From: an archaeon
GTDB lineage: Archaea > SpSt-1190 > DYHY01
Reading direction: 5' to 3'
NCBI GenBank assembly: GCA_043803745.1
Contig: JAZDJS010000031.1
Span: 1-36,309, forward strand
DNA length: 36,309 nucleotides
The translations under genes and the position numbers were made by a program. Positions 24,932 through 34,424 of the stretch are shown piece after piece (the stretch's first letter is position 1; every line of letters starts with the position of its first letter). A model generated the notes under the pieces. That model searched no databases. It had not been told where the DNA came from and worked only from the letters and a program-made list of their open reading frames with translations.

Positions 24932-25793
24932 CTATCGCAGGCCTCCTCGTCCGTATCACGCCAATCAAGAAGTACTGGCAAACCAGGACGAGCCCGTAGA
25001 CAATGAAGAAAACCTGCTTGCCTATGTTCATCGAAGCCATCATCTGGGAAAGGACAATCATTATCGAAATCCCCAACGTCGGGATTATCACAGTTATCAT
25101 CATGTATCCGAGCGCAAGCGGGGAAAGCTCGCTCCCGTATTTCCGGATTGAAATCCTCTGCTCAACTGAGAGGTTGTTCACGATGCTCGTCAGCGTGTTC
25201 CCGATGTCGGCGCCCGCGCGCATTGAGGATGAGATCTGCCAGAGCGCCCGCCGGAAATATACCGAGGTGTTCCGGTAGGCGGCCTCCTCGAGAACCTCGA
25301 TTTCCCCCTTGCCCGCCGAGATTTCCGAGACGATCCTCCCGAATTCCGTTGAGACAAGCCCGTAACCCCCTTGGGAAATCCCGCGCATTGACTCGAAGAG
25401 GGTTATCCCGGAGCGGATTTTTATCAGAAGATGCCTGAGCGCGAAAAGGAGATCCTTGTCTACTTCCTTCGCCCGGCGCGCGACAAGGAGCTTGGGGAGG
25501 AGGATGAAGTAGTTGAACTGGAACCATCCGAGGAAGATGCAGAGGAGGAAAAGGAGCGCGAAGGTCTGCGCCGCCCAGCCGAATATCGCCCCGGAAACCG
25601 GTATAAGGCCAAGCAAGGGGAACAGAAAAGTCCCGGCGGAGAGCACGAGGGCATATGCAAGATATTCCCGAACGGAGATTCCGAGCTCAGCCTGGTAAAG
25701 CGTGACCTTCAGGTCGGGGTTCGCCCTTTCGAAAATCCCGGCAATTCCGAGGAACTTTCTCGAGAGCTTGAGGATGCTTTTGTCGAATTTCAT
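24924..25793 (-). CDS. Second type II/IV secretion F-domain membrane protein (TadB/C-like)
   Basis: DKDLLFALRHLLIKIRSGITLFESM, YGLVSTEF, IRKYGSELSPL, VIIPTLG. ATG at 25793. Confidence 0.9.
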   Translation of the reverse strand: MKFDKSILKLSRKFLGIAGIFERANPDLKVTLYQAELGISVREYLAYALVLSAGTFLFPLLGLIPVSGAIFGWAAQTFALLFLLCIFLGWFQFNYFILLPKLLVARRAKEVDKDLLFALRHLLIKIRSGITLFESMRGISQGGYGLVSTEFGRIVSEISAGKGEIEVLEEAAYRNTSVYFRRALWQISSSMRAGADIGNTLTSIVNNLSVEQRISIRKYGSELSPLALGYMMITVIIPTLGISIMIVLSQMMASMNIGKQVFFIVYGLVLVCQYFLIGVIRTRRPAIDV

Positions 25794-25794
25794 C

Positions 25795-27366
25795 CTATTT
25801 CGAAGCGCCCTCCATTCCGCTAAGGAAGTCTGCCGCGGGCTTGCCTGACTTGACAAACTTGACAAGCTCGTCGTGGTTGATGTAATATTCGCTGATGAGA
25901 TGGCCTATCGGGTTGACGTCAATTACCTTGTTCGCGCAAATCCACTTCAGGACCTCCTGCTTCTCAAGCAGGTTCTCGTCGATTTCCCGCAGGGAAAGGC
26001 CCGTGTGCATCGAGAGCTTGTCGAAAAGTACGATGCTCTTGTCAACCGGCTCAATTGTGTCGGTCCTCGGCTTCCACCGGTAGAGTATGCGCGCTTTCGA
26101 GGAGCCGCCGCCCTCCTTCCCGCCCGATTCCTGCTCCGGAAGTATTTCCGCAATCTCGAAGGTCCGCCGTATTCCCCGTCTCCTGTCGCGGAACATCACG
26201 ATTATGAGGTCGAGGGACGAGAGCATCGAGGGCGCAATTGAAATCGGGGGGCTTATTATGCGCCGGACAGTCTGTTCCGCGGTATCCGCGTGGAGGGTTG
26301 AATATACCGAGTGACCGGTCATCATCGCCTCAAAAAGCACCTCCGCTTCCCTCTGGCGGCGGATTTCCCCGAGGATTATCCTGTCCGGCCTCATACGGAG
26401 GGAGTTCACCATGAGGTCGAGCATCGTAACTTCGCCCTTCCCCTCCTGGTTCGGCTCCCTTGTCGTAAGGGGGACCCAATGGAGAAAGTCCGGAAGGTTC
26501 AGCTCGCGGGTATCCTCAATCGAGATTACCCGGTGGTTGGGCTGGATGAATGAGAGGAACATGTTAAGCGCGGTAGTCTTGCCAGAGCCGGTTCCTCCGG
26601 AAACGATGAAGGAAAGCTCGTATTGCATTGCGAGCCAGAGCAGGCTTGCCGCCTCGTAGGTGACCGAGTTGTTCTCGACAAGGTCCGTTATTGTCCAAGG
26701 CCTCCGCCTGAACTTACGTATTGTTATTGTGTTCCCCTTGGAGGAAATCGGAAAAAGCGTTGCGTTGACGCGGTCGCCGGTCGTAAGGTGGGCGTCCATG
26801 AGCGGCGCAAGGACGGTTATTTGCCTTCCAACCCGCCTGCCGATGAGCTCGGAATAGTTCTCAATCTGCTGCTCGGTTGAAAGGATTACGTTCGTCTTCA
26901 GCCAGCCGATTTGCTTGTAGAAAACCCAGATTGGCTCCCCTGAATGGTTGACAACTATTTCCTCAAGGCCGTCGTCCCGGAGAAGGAATTCTATGTTCCC
27001 AAGGCCTAACATCTGGTGTATCAGCAGCCCGGAAAGGACCTTGACTTCCCGCTCAACGAGACCGGGAAGTTCCTTTCTCAGCAGAATCTGCGCCTTTTCC
27101 CGGAAGTTCGCCTTTATTCTCTCGACTGAGACGCTGTCAATCGCCTCCTCAAGCTTTATCTCGACGGCTGACATGAGGCGGGCCTCAACCTCCTCCATTA
27201 TTGCGCGCGTTCCCTCGCCGAGCTTCGGGATTGAAAGGATGTAGCGCGGGACGAAATCCGCTGCGGTCCGCACGATTGCAACGTTCGCCGGAACCCCTTC
27301 CGATTCAAGGGAATATGACTTGATTGTCGAAAGGACCTGGCCGGGCTTGGTTCCTCCCTCCGCCAA
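25795..27366 (-). CDS. Type IV pilus assembly ATPase (CpaF/TadA/ArlI family)
   Basis: EEIVVN, TITIRKF, Walker A GGTGSGKTT, SIEDTREL, LRMRPDRIILGEIR, TGH...STLHA. TTG start. Confidence 0.95.
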   Translation of the reverse strand: MAEGGTKPGQVLSTIKSYSLESEGVPANVAIVRTAADFVPRYILSIPKLGEGTRAIMEEVEARLMSAVEIKLEEAIDSVSVERIKANFREKAQILLRKELPGLVEREVKVLSGLLIHQMLGLGNIEFLLRDDGLEEIVVNHSGEPIWVFYKQIGWLKTNVILSTEQQIENYSELIGRRVGRQITVLAPLMDAHLTTGDRVNATLFPISSKGNTITIRKFRRRPWTITDLVENNSVTYEAASLLWLAMQYELSFIVSGGTGSGKTTALNMFLSFIQPNHRVISIEDTRELNLPDFLHWVPLTTREPNQEGKGEVTMLDLMVNSLRMRPDRIILGEIRRQREAEVLFEAMMTGHSVYSTLHADTAEQTVRRIISPPISIAPSMLSSLDLIIVMFRDRRRGIRRTFEIAEILPEQESGGKEGGGSSKARILYRWKPRTDTIEPVDKSIVLFDKLSMHTGLSLREIDENLLEKQEVLKWICANKVIDVNPIGHLISEYYINHDELVKFVKSGKPAADFLSGMEGASK

Positions 27367-27367
27367 G

Positions 27368-27604
27368 CTATTTTTTCCCCTCCGGCGGGGCGGAAAGCAC
27401 CCTGACGAACGGCTTGTCGAACGGGTTCTCCGGATAAACGAGCTTCAGAAGGCCCTTGCGCTCGAGGACGAGGGCCCAGTGCTCCGCGGTTTCCTCGGGA
27501 ATCCCGAGCTTTGCAGCAATGTCGGGAAGATTCATCTTCCCCTCCTTCTTCACTGCCAAAAGGAAGGAATCAATCTGGGTTGAGAATGAAAGGGAATCTG
27601 GCAT
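27368..27604 (-). CDS. Small winged-helix-like protein (78 aa) immediately upstream of the pilus ATPase
   Basis: TQIDSFLLAVKKEGKMNLPDIAAKLGIPEETAEHWALVLERKGLLKLVYP. TTTAAA lies about 28-33 nt upstream; 1 nt gap to the ATPase. Confidence 0.75.
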   Translation of the reverse strand: MPDSLSFSTQIDSFLLAVKKEGKMNLPDIAAKLGIPEETAEHWALVLERKGLLKLVYPENPFDKPFVRVLSAPPEGKK

Positions 27605-27676
27605 CTTTTCACTTGAAATAGTTAATTGATGTTTAAAAGTGTGGCGGCTCCCGGTCCGGACTCCCTCATGCCGCAA

Positions 27677-28921
27677 CTAATTCACAAGCGTCTTGTTGTT
27701 GTTTGCAGTGACCCCGTAGAACTGCTCGTGCGGCTGGTCAATCCGGAACCAGGTGTAATAGATGTCGCGCACGGACTTGCCCGAAATCGAACTGTTCCTG
27801 AAATAGAGATAGTCGACGGTTGTCGTGTTCGTGTAGACCGGGATTCCCTTATCGGAGATTTCCGGCAGGGAGGCTATTGATTCAAGGCCGAACGTGCGGG
27901 TGAGCGTGTCCCGAAGCTCGAGCCGGTCCAGGAAGCTCGGACCGCTTCCCGAGAGGTAATATCCCTCGCCAATCGTTTCCTCGAGGTTGTCGAGGGTTGT
28001 GCGGTTCCAGGCGGACTTGCTTGCCGGGTCCAAATAGACATATGTCTCGTTCGGAATCAGCAGGGTTGCGTTGCTTGCCCCGGTAACGTATGCGGAGGCA
28101 AGTGTTGTGCCGTTAACCTCGGCAATTATTCCCGCAAACTGGGGAGCGAGGGTCGAGTTTATCACGGCCCCGTTGGAAACAACAAGGACCGTTCCGCTTT
28201 TGTTCGGGAGGGCGCCCGCCCCGGCGCTCGAGGAAACGAACTTGGAAAGCCCCCGAGCAGTGCCGACCGCATAGCTTCCATTGACGAGGAATGCCGGATA
28301 GCTGGGATAGGGGCTTCGCCTAATCACCCGCGTCACAAGTCCGGAGTTCCTGACGGAATAATAGGGATCCGTGAAATTCTCAAGGGAAACCGTGAAATTC
28401 TTCGCAAGGGTCCGGGTGACGCTTGTCTCGGCGGCCGGGCTCGAGACGTTGAGGGAAATCGTCGTCACCACGGAAATCTCGAAGGAATTCGCTTCGTCAA
28501 CGGAAAAGTCTACGAACCCGAGACCAACGACAAGTCCCGCCCTTTCCCCCGCCTCCTGCATCTTGGAAAGCCAGTAGGAAATCGTGCTGTTCTCCATGAG
28601 GACGGCGGGGTTTCCGTAAAGCGTCCCATTCATTATCAGCTCCTCAAGGTCCGTCTCCGCATCCTGCATTGGGGTCGCGTTCATGGCGTAGTTGACTGCG
28701 ACAACTATTGCACGCCGCGAAGCAACGTCAAGAGCCTTGTCATAGTCCCGCTCAACTGTAGAAACGAAGCTCCGGATGGAGTCGGAGGAGATCTGCGAAA
28801 TCGCCCGCTTCTCCCCGGCGTTCAGGTAAAGCCCCTGGTTGACCGCCGCAAGGACTATTATCGAAAAGACGATCATCGCTATCGTCGTGTAGACCAGCCC
28901 CTTTCTGCGCCGGGCGCTCAT
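27677..28921 (-). CDS. Large pilin-like protein with class III signal peptide (414 aa)
   Basis: MSARRRKG-LVYTTIAMIVFSIIVLA; many N-x-S/T sequons; GPSFLDRLE motif; ATGA overlap. Confidence 0.8.
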   Translation of the reverse strand: MSARRRKGLVYTTIAMIVFSIIVLAAVNQGLYLNAGEKRAISQISSDSIRSFVSTVERDYDKALDVASRRAIVVAVNYAMNATPMQDAETDLEELIMNGTLYGNPAVLMENSTISYWLSKMQEAGERAGLVVGLGFVDFSVDEANSFEISVVTTISLNVSSPAAETSVTRTLAKNFTVSLENFTDPYYSVRNSGLVTRVIRRSPYPSYPAFLVNGSYAVGTARGLSKFVSSSAGAGALPNKSGTVLVVSNGAVINSTLAPQFAGIIAEVNGTTLASAYVTGASNATLLIPNETYVYLDPASKSAWNRTTLDNLEETIGEGYYLSGSGPSFLDRLELRDTLTRTFGLESIASLPEISDKGIPVYTNTTTVDYLYFRNSSISGKSVRDIYYTWFRIDQPHEQFYGVTANNNKTLVN

Positions 28922-30825
28922 ATTCCGACGACCACCTTCATTTCCGACGGACCCCAGAGCCATGAGATTCCTGCAATGTTCGCGGTGTCGCTTGCAGGAG
29001 TTCCCGTAAGATTGTATGGGGCGAGGAGAGCCGTAAGACGCGCGTTCGCATCAGCCTCCGCTTCGGTAACGCCGGAGAACGCATCGCCGTACGGGACGCT
29101 TGCCGGGACGAGGATTGTGTATTCGATTGTCGAGTTCGCCATTATGAAGTTCGAGGATGAGCCCCCGTCGAACCCGTCCCTTGCCTTCAGCGTGTTAGGC
29201 ACGCCAACCTGCAGTCTTGTGAGCGGGATGTAAAGAGTGCTTGGTATGTTCCGGGCGTCGGGGGATTTGAAAATCTGGTAGTTGGACCAGCGGTAGTTGG
29301 GGCTCCCCTGCCAGGAGGGCTCGGATTCTGTCGGGCGTTTCCAGACCGCGACCGCAATCTTGTAGGAATATCTCTGGACGTCGTGGAAATACGCGGAAAC
29401 AAGAGTCGCGTTGGGGATTGTGAAATTGACGGATTTCGTCAGGGAATCGCTTCCCCCAAGCGCGAAAACGTTCGTCACAGGAACCTTGTTGAACTCGACG
29501 ATCGGGTTTGCCAGGGTGTAGTTGAGCCTGAGAACGCTCGTCCCGGATATGTTCGCAAATGCGCTTGCGCCGGAAACGGGATAGTCAACCCCGCTTCCGC
29601 TCGCGGGTATGTCGAGATAGACGGCAATCGTGTTTGTCTCTCCGGTCGAGAAGCTGCCCGCATCCTTGTTGAGGTAGGAGAGGATGTTCTTCGTTATCCC
29701 AACGTTGTTCAGGCTGGTTATGCAGGAGGAACAGCCGCTGCTCGTGTTATACCAGACCCGGTTCGTGTTGATCCAGATTTCGCCGGCCTTGTTGACTCCT
29801 TCGCCCTTCACGAACGCCGTTGCGGAATTTATCTTGGCGCCTGCCGGAATCGAGAAGGGGGCGGTTTCCCATGCGGAGGGCCTTCCGCTCACTGCAGTCA
29901 GGTTTATCTCCTCGTAAACATCTCTGCTCTGGACGAAGTTCGTCTGCCTGTTGTCGTTGTAGTTGAGGACAAGGAGCATTCCTGGATGCGTGTGAGTGTG
30001 ATAGTCCGCGGGCGTCCCGAGGGTCATCCTGAACGCGTTCTGTCCGACCTGGAAATCCCCGGAATCCAGGACTATGCTGTCATAGCAGGCGTCGGTGGGA
30101 TGATAGCATTCGTTTCCGGGCGGGATTGCCTGGAGCTGCCCGTTGACGAAGGGAAAGACCCAACCGCTTTCCTCGTGCAGGGAGAGATAAAGCGTTGCGG
30201 TGAGGTTGTCTGTCGAAGAGAGGTTGAAGTATTTCGTGAAGGTGAGGTTCCCGTATGTTGACGAGTATGCGGAAGAGAAGCCGCTCCCGAGGGGGGAAAT
30301 CTCGATTACGTCGGTGAAATTCCCGCGCGCAGTCCCGAGCCATGCGCGGGAAATGTAGCCGCTCGTCGGTCTGCCTATCGCATATCCGGAAATGACCGCC
30401 CTTGTCGAAAGCGCGGAGGAATATTCCCGGGAATTCTCGAGTATCGTTGTGTTGTCAATCGAAATCCGGTAGTAGAGTCGGGAGGGGAGGAAGGAGGAAA
30501 AGACCCCTGAGAGGACTGCCCCCGCCGCAGTGCTGTTGTCGGCGGCATAGAAGGCGCCGATTACGTCGACGAGCCTCTTGTCGAAATCGGACGGGAGTAT
30601 TGCGCCGCCCTGAATGTATGATTCTATTATCGGGATTTCCCTCGCCTCTGAAACCTTCGTTTTCTCAAGCACGGTTATGATGTCCCGCGAAACGGTCGAG
30701 AGGTATTGGTATTTCCCGGCTTCCGGGCGCGACGCCTCGGAAAGGAGATAGATCGAAAGGACTGCGAGGGAGATGACGCTTATTGCCGCAAGCGCGTCAA
30801 GGCTGAAAACGAAAGACCGCCTCAT
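28918..30825 (-). CDS. Large pilin-like / putative adhesin (635 aa)
   Basis: MRRS-FVFSLDALAAISVISLAVL; beta-rich, Ser/Thr/Asn-rich body with Cys pairs; ATGA overlaps on both sides. Confidence 0.8.
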   Translation of the reverse strand: MRRSFVFSLDALAAISVISLAVLSIYLLSEASRPEAGKYQYLSTVSRDIITVLEKTKVSEAREIPIIESYIQGGAILPSDFDKRLVDVIGAFYAADNSTAAGAVLSGVFSSFLPSRLYYRISIDNTTILENSREYSSALSTRAVISGYAIGRPTSGYISRAWLGTARGNFTDVIEISPLGSGFSSAYSSTYGNLTFTKYFNLSSTDNLTATLYLSLHEESGWVFPFVNGQLQAIPPGNECYHPTDACYDSIVLDSGDFQVGQNAFRMTLGTPADYHTHTHPGMLLVLNYNDNRQTNFVQSRDVYEEINLTAVSGRPSAWETAPFSIPAGAKINSATAFVKGEGVNKAGEIWINTNRVWYNTSSGCSSCITSLNNVGITKNILSYLNKDAGSFSTGETNTIAVYLDIPASGSGVDYPVSGASAFANISGTSVLRLNYTLANPIVEFNKVPVTNVFALGGSDSLTKSVNFTIPNATLVSAYFHDVQRYSYKIAVAVWKRPTESEPSWQGSPNYRWSNYQIFKSPDARNIPSTLYIPLTRLQVGVPNTLKARDGFDGGSSSNFIMANSTIEYTILVPASVPYGDAFSGVTEAEADANARLTALLAPYNLTGTPASDTANIAGISWLWGPSEMKVVVGI

Positions 30826-31319
30826 TCCCAGACGAGGACCTCCATTTTGGAAAGCCGCCTTCCGGTCCCGTTGTTGTAGAGAAGCATCCGTTCTATCGGG
30901 ACGATTGAGGTCGAATTGTCATAGGGATAAATCCCGTATGAGAAAATTTCCTCCCCCGTAAGGGAAGTCAGGTTGAGGAAATATTCGAATGCCCCCGCCG
31001 GAAGGAATTGTTTGGAAGCGGAATAGGAAACGTTCCCGAATTGCTGGAGGCGGGAAAGGGAGATGACGTTCTCCTCCTCGGCGAGTCCTATTGTGAGGAC
31101 TGTCTCGTTCGTCCAGCCGGCGGGGAAGCCTCCGCTAGTGCAAAGGACGCTGGAAAGGGCTGTCGCGGTTGAAATCATTTCGCGCAGATTTTCCGAATGG
31201 CGCGTCTCCTCGTTCAGGCGGGTGTATGAAAGGAAGAATATCAGGAAGAATGCCAGGAAAACTACCGCGCTTGCGGCAAAGTCGAAGGAGAACAGCTGGG
31301 ACTTTCTTTCACTGCCCAA
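30822..31319 (-). CDS. Minor pilin-like protein
   Basis: Probable TTG start at 31319: MGSERKS-QLFSFDFAASAVVFLAFFLIF; contains GFPAGW. Confidence 0.8.
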   Translation of the reverse strand: MGSERKSQLFSFDFAASAVVFLAFFLIFFLSYTRLNEETRHSENLREMISTATALSSVLCTSGGFPAGWTNETVLTIGLAEEENVISLSRLQQFGNVSYSASKQFLPAGAFEYFLNLTSLTGEEIFSYGIYPYDNSTSIVPIERMLLYNNGTGRRLSKMEVLVWE

Positions 31320-31704
31320 CCGACACAATCCCTCCGGAATTCGATAGGCGGTTCTTTCCCGCAGAAAAGTTCCCTGAAACGTTGGGCGGGATTGTTTTCT
31401 CCGCAACCGAGATTGAATAATTGGAGAGAACTATGTACGCATGCCCGCCGAAGACATAAACGGAATAGTTGTACGGGCCAACGGTTGCCGGAAGGGTGAT
31501 GTTCTTCGAATATCCGGAGCCACCCAGGTAGACCTGGTCTATTGCGCTGGCTGCAATCCCGACGGTTTCCTTGGCCTCGAGGAAAATGGCATCCTTGACC
31601 GTCGCATTGCGCTCCCGCAGATAAAACGCGGAAACGAGGGAGAGGAAAAGCAGGGCGAGGGAGACGAGCGCGAAAATCTCAAGAGACGCTTGAGATGTTG
31701 ACAT
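31309..31704 (-). CDS. Minor pilin (QxSxE type)
   Basis: MSTS-QASLEIFALVSLALLFL; GGAGG SD upstream. Confidence 0.85.
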   Translation of the reverse strand: MSTSQASLEIFALVSLALLFLSLVSAFYLRERNATVKDAIFLEAKETVGIAASAIDQVYLGGSGYSKNITLPATVGPYNYSVYVFGGHAYIVLSNYSISVAEKTIPPNVSGNFSAGKNRLSNSGGIVSVGQ

Positions 31705-32098
31705 ATCCTCCCTCCTCAGCTCGTATTCTTACCCTGTGAAGCCCCGCAGCCGTCGGGAGGCTTCCCGTAACGTTTGTTTTCGAAGGCTCGACAACGTCAA
31801 GGAAGGTCCCTTTGAAGGAAATCCGAAGGACCGTTTCGTTGTTCCCGAGGGAATAATTGACTATTCCGGAAGGGAAGCTCACCACGACCGTTGTTTCCGC
31901 CGGATACCCTTGGATATAGACGAGCTCGGATGCCCGTGCAATCCGCGAAAGGGCGATTTTCGCTGAGGAAATCTTCAGCGTCTCCTGCTCGTCGGCAACC
32001 GAGCGGTAGAGCGAGAACCAGAGAGGGGAGAGCATGAGGAGGACGAGCCCGACAACGATAAGGAACTCTACAGATATCTGGGCTGAGCGGGAACTCAT
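31679..32098 (-). CDS. Minor pilin (QxSxE type), first gene of the cluster
   Basis: MSSRSA-QISVEFLIVVGLVLLML; VYIQGYP. Confidence 0.87.
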   Translation of the reverse strand: MSSRSAQISVEFLIVVGLVLLMLSPLWFSLYRSVADEQETLKISSAKIALSRIARASELVYIQGYPAETTVVVSFPSGIVNYSLGNNETVLRISFKGTFLDVVEPSKTNVTGSLPTAAGLHRVRIRAEEGGYVNISSVS

Positions 32099-32244
32099 TG
32101 GAACCGTGTCACTTTTCCAAGTTAAAAAGGTTATTCAGTTTTCCGGGAGGGTGGATAGGGCCGGGAGGACAAAAGGCCGGAAAAGCGGGGTTTCGGCTGG
32201 CGCTCTTGCCGCGGTTTAATAAAGGGGTTTGCACGCGGCCGGAA

Positions 32245-32532
32245 ATGGCAATAGGGATTACTCCCGAGCTTGAGGACGGGACGTGCTCAATTTGCAAGAG
32301 GAAGGCGCAAGTGCGCTTCGTAATTGATTCCGAAAAGGGGCTGGCGGCCGGAATCTGCCTCGAATGCGCCCTCCCTTCCAAGCTGACTGCCGAGGAAATA
32401 CTCGTGAAATATGGCAAGGAATCCGCAAAAGCCAAGAAGGCTTTCATTCTTGAAAAGGATGAATGGGTCAAGGAGCAGCAGAATTCCCAGCCTCCGGCGT
32501 TTCCGCCAAAGCTGCCTCAATCGCCTTCCTGA
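32245..32532 (+). CDS. Small zinc-ribbon protein
   Basis: CSIC...CLEC. ATG at 32245, with TTTAATAAA about 22-30 nt upstream. Confidence 0.65.
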   Translation: MAIGITPELEDGTCSICKRKAQVRFVIDSEKGLAAGICLECALPSKLTAEEILVKYGKESAKAKKAFILEKDEWVKEQQNSQPPAFPPKLPQSPS

Positions 32533-33154
32533 AAACGGAAATGTCAACTGCGCCCTCTATCTTCGCCCCGTTGACGAAGAAGGTCGGGGTCGCCTGTATG
32601 CCGACCGAAAGCCCCTTGTTGTAATCGGCGGAAACAACCGAAGCTTTCTCCCCCGAGTCAAGGCAGGAGAAGAAGCGGGCTGAATCCGCTCCGACGGATG
32701 CGGCAAGCTCAGTGAGCTTGGCTGCTGAGAAACTCTGCTGGTTTTCGAAAAGCCTCAGATGATATTTCTCGAAAAGCGCCTGGTCCCGGGCGCACTCGGT
32801 TGCTTCGGCAGCCTTCTGGGCTGTCGCACCGTGTACCGGAAAATGCTTGAAAACGAAATTCACCCTTCCAGAATATTCCGTTTTCAAGAGCGATATTGCG
32901 GACTGTATCCGGGCGCAGTACGGGCATTCGAAATCCGAGAATTCAACGAAGGATATGCGCGTTCCATTGTCAGTGTATTCCGGGAACGGATTGGCGCCGC
33001 TTGCGGAAGATCCCGGTTTCCGCCCCCCGAATCCGGAAAGGAATAGAAGAGTCAGAATGAATGCGGCTCCGACAACGAGCGCATATTTCAATGTCGGGCT
33101 CTTTTTCGCTGATGGACGAGTTCCGTAAAAGTCAAGCTTCCTTCCAGAGGACAT
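32468..33154 (-). CDS. Membrane-anchored DsbA/BdbD family thiol-disulfide oxidoreductase
   Basis: N-terminal TM, EFSDFECPYC, FKHFP, AAEATECA, ATPTFFVNG. Confidence 0.93.
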   Translation of the reverse strand: MSSGRKLDFYGTRPSAKKSPTLKYALVVGAAFILTLLFLSGFGGRKPGSSASGANPFPEYTDNGTRISFVEFSDFECPYCARIQSAISLLKTEYSGRVNFVFKHFPVHGATAQKAAEATECARDQALFEKYHLRLFENQQSFSAAKLTELAASVGADSARFFSCLDSGEKASVVSADYNKGLSVGIQATPTFFVNGAKIEGAVDISVFRKAIEAALAETPEAGNSAAP

Positions 33155-33186
33155 CCCCCCGAGCCAAACGCGAGGTTTTTAAAAGT

Positions 33187-33534
33187 TCATTCGTTCGCAA
33201 AAATCGCCGTTTTTTCCCGGTCCTTTTGCGTAGGATTGAAAAGGGAAACTCCGGTTCCGGAAAGGTAAACTTGGCTCACTTCAAAAGGCGCAACGAACTC
33301 GACCGATTCCTTGCCCCTTATTTCGGAAAGGACCCGCGCCCGCCCCTCCTCATCGGAATAAACCTTCGCAACAATGTCGAAAATCCCTGATATTGAAGAT
33401 GCGGCAACAACGCCGGGAAGCCCGACAAACTCCCTGCATGCAAGGAAAACTGATTTGGCGTCCTGTCCATTTTTCAGCTGGATCAGGAGATATGTATTTG
33501 CATCTCGCTTCGCGGAGGGTGCTATTTTGTCCAT
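33187..33534 (-). CDS. Lrp/AsnC ligand-binding (RAM) domain protein lacking an HTH
   Basis: YLLIQL...LPGVVAASSISGIFDIVAKV...LSEIR; upstream TTTATATA. Confidence 0.7.
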   Translation of the reverse strand: MDKIAPSAKRDANTYLLIQLKNGQDAKSVFLACREFVGLPGVVAASSISGIFDIVAKVYSDEEGRARVLSEIRGKESVEFVAPFEVSQVYLSGTGVSLFNPTQKDREKTAIFANE

Positions 33535-33592
33535 CTGCCCTCTAGAGCAATACTCACTATATAAAGGTTACTGAGCTAGTCCGCCCTAGGCA

Positions 33593-34063
33593 TTACTTTG
33601 AAAACGCCCCTGAAAGCGCTTTGCTTGCCCTGGCAAGCTCCTTTCCGGAAAGGACAATTGACGTTTCCGGGGTTCCGCCGGAGATGATCACGTTTTCCTC
33701 GCCGATAATGGAGGATTCGATTACCGCCGGAAGCTTTGAGCCAATCGGGGTGACGCCCCCTATTTCCGAGCCCGTCAAATGCAGGACCTCCGGAGCCTTC
33801 GCAAGGCGCAGTTTGCCGCTCCCTGCAAGGACGGCAAGCCTCTTCTCGTCAACCTCGCTTCCTTTCGGGAGGATTGCAAGTATTGCCTGCCCGTCCTGGG
33901 AGATGAAAGTCAGGGTTTTCAGGAGATTCTTCTTCGGAATGCCGAAAAGAGGGGCAACCAACTCGGATTTCCGTCCATAGCTTGAATGGTCGAGTATTTG
34001 GCAGGGTATTTTCAGTTCTGCAAGAATCTTGCGCGCAAGCCCAAAGTTTGTGGATACTGCCAT
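33593..34063 (-). CDS. YbaK/EbsC aminoacyl-tRNA deacylase
   Basis: LLKTL, LRLA..EV..LTG.EIGGVTPIG, SGG. ATG at 34063. Confidence 0.9.
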   Translation of the reverse strand: MAVSTNFGLARKILAELKIPCQILDHSSYGRKSELVAPLFGIPKKNLLKTLTFISQDGQAILAILPKGSEVDEKRLAVLAGSGKLRLAKAPEVLHLTGSEIGGVTPIGSKLPAVIESSIIGEENVIISGGTPETSIVLSGKELARASKALSGAFSK

Positions 34064-34126
34064 TTTTCCCGTGCGGAAATCGAACTGGCAACGTTTAAAA
34101 ATAAGCCGAAATCCCATTGTTTTGCA

Positions 34127-34402
34127 ATGGAAGAAATTCAGGGAGCGCCTCCAACGCCTGTCCAGGAAGGCGGAGAGCGGCGCGAATCCAACGGGGAAAA
34201 CCACAGGTTCACGCGGTTCAAGCCGCTCAAGATTGGCGAGGAGCTTGACGTCAAAATCGAAAAGAAGGGCGAAAAGGGCGACGGGATTGCGACAGTGAAA
34301 GGCCTGGTTCTCTTCGTTCCCGGTGGGGAAATCGGGATGGACTGCCGCGTCAAGGTCGTCCGGGTCTTCAGGAACTTTGCGGTCGGAGAGATTATTGCAT
34401 AA
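34127..34402 (+). CDS. Single TRAM-domain RNA-binding protein
   Basis: PLKIGEELDVKIEKKGEKGDGIATVKGLVLFVPG...VKVVRVFRNFAVGE. Confidence 0.92.
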   Translation: MEEIQGAPPTPVQEGGERRESNGENHRFTRFKPLKIGEELDVKIEKKGEKGDGIATVKGLVLFVPGGEIGMDCRVKVVRVFRNFAVGEIIA

Positions 34403-34424
34403 TCCCGGAGATGCGCCGCACCGA

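Noticed and set aside
20444-27366. Archaellum operon (KaiC-like as ArlH, ATPase as ArlI)
   Set aside because: The pilins are not archaellin-like, there is no ArlF/G, there are two separate TadC-like genes, and the KaiC-like gene is convergent. A circadian KaiC is also rejected because it has a single domain.
29383-30261. 292-aa plus-strand ORF
   Set aside because: Antisense shadow of the 635-aa pilin-like gene.
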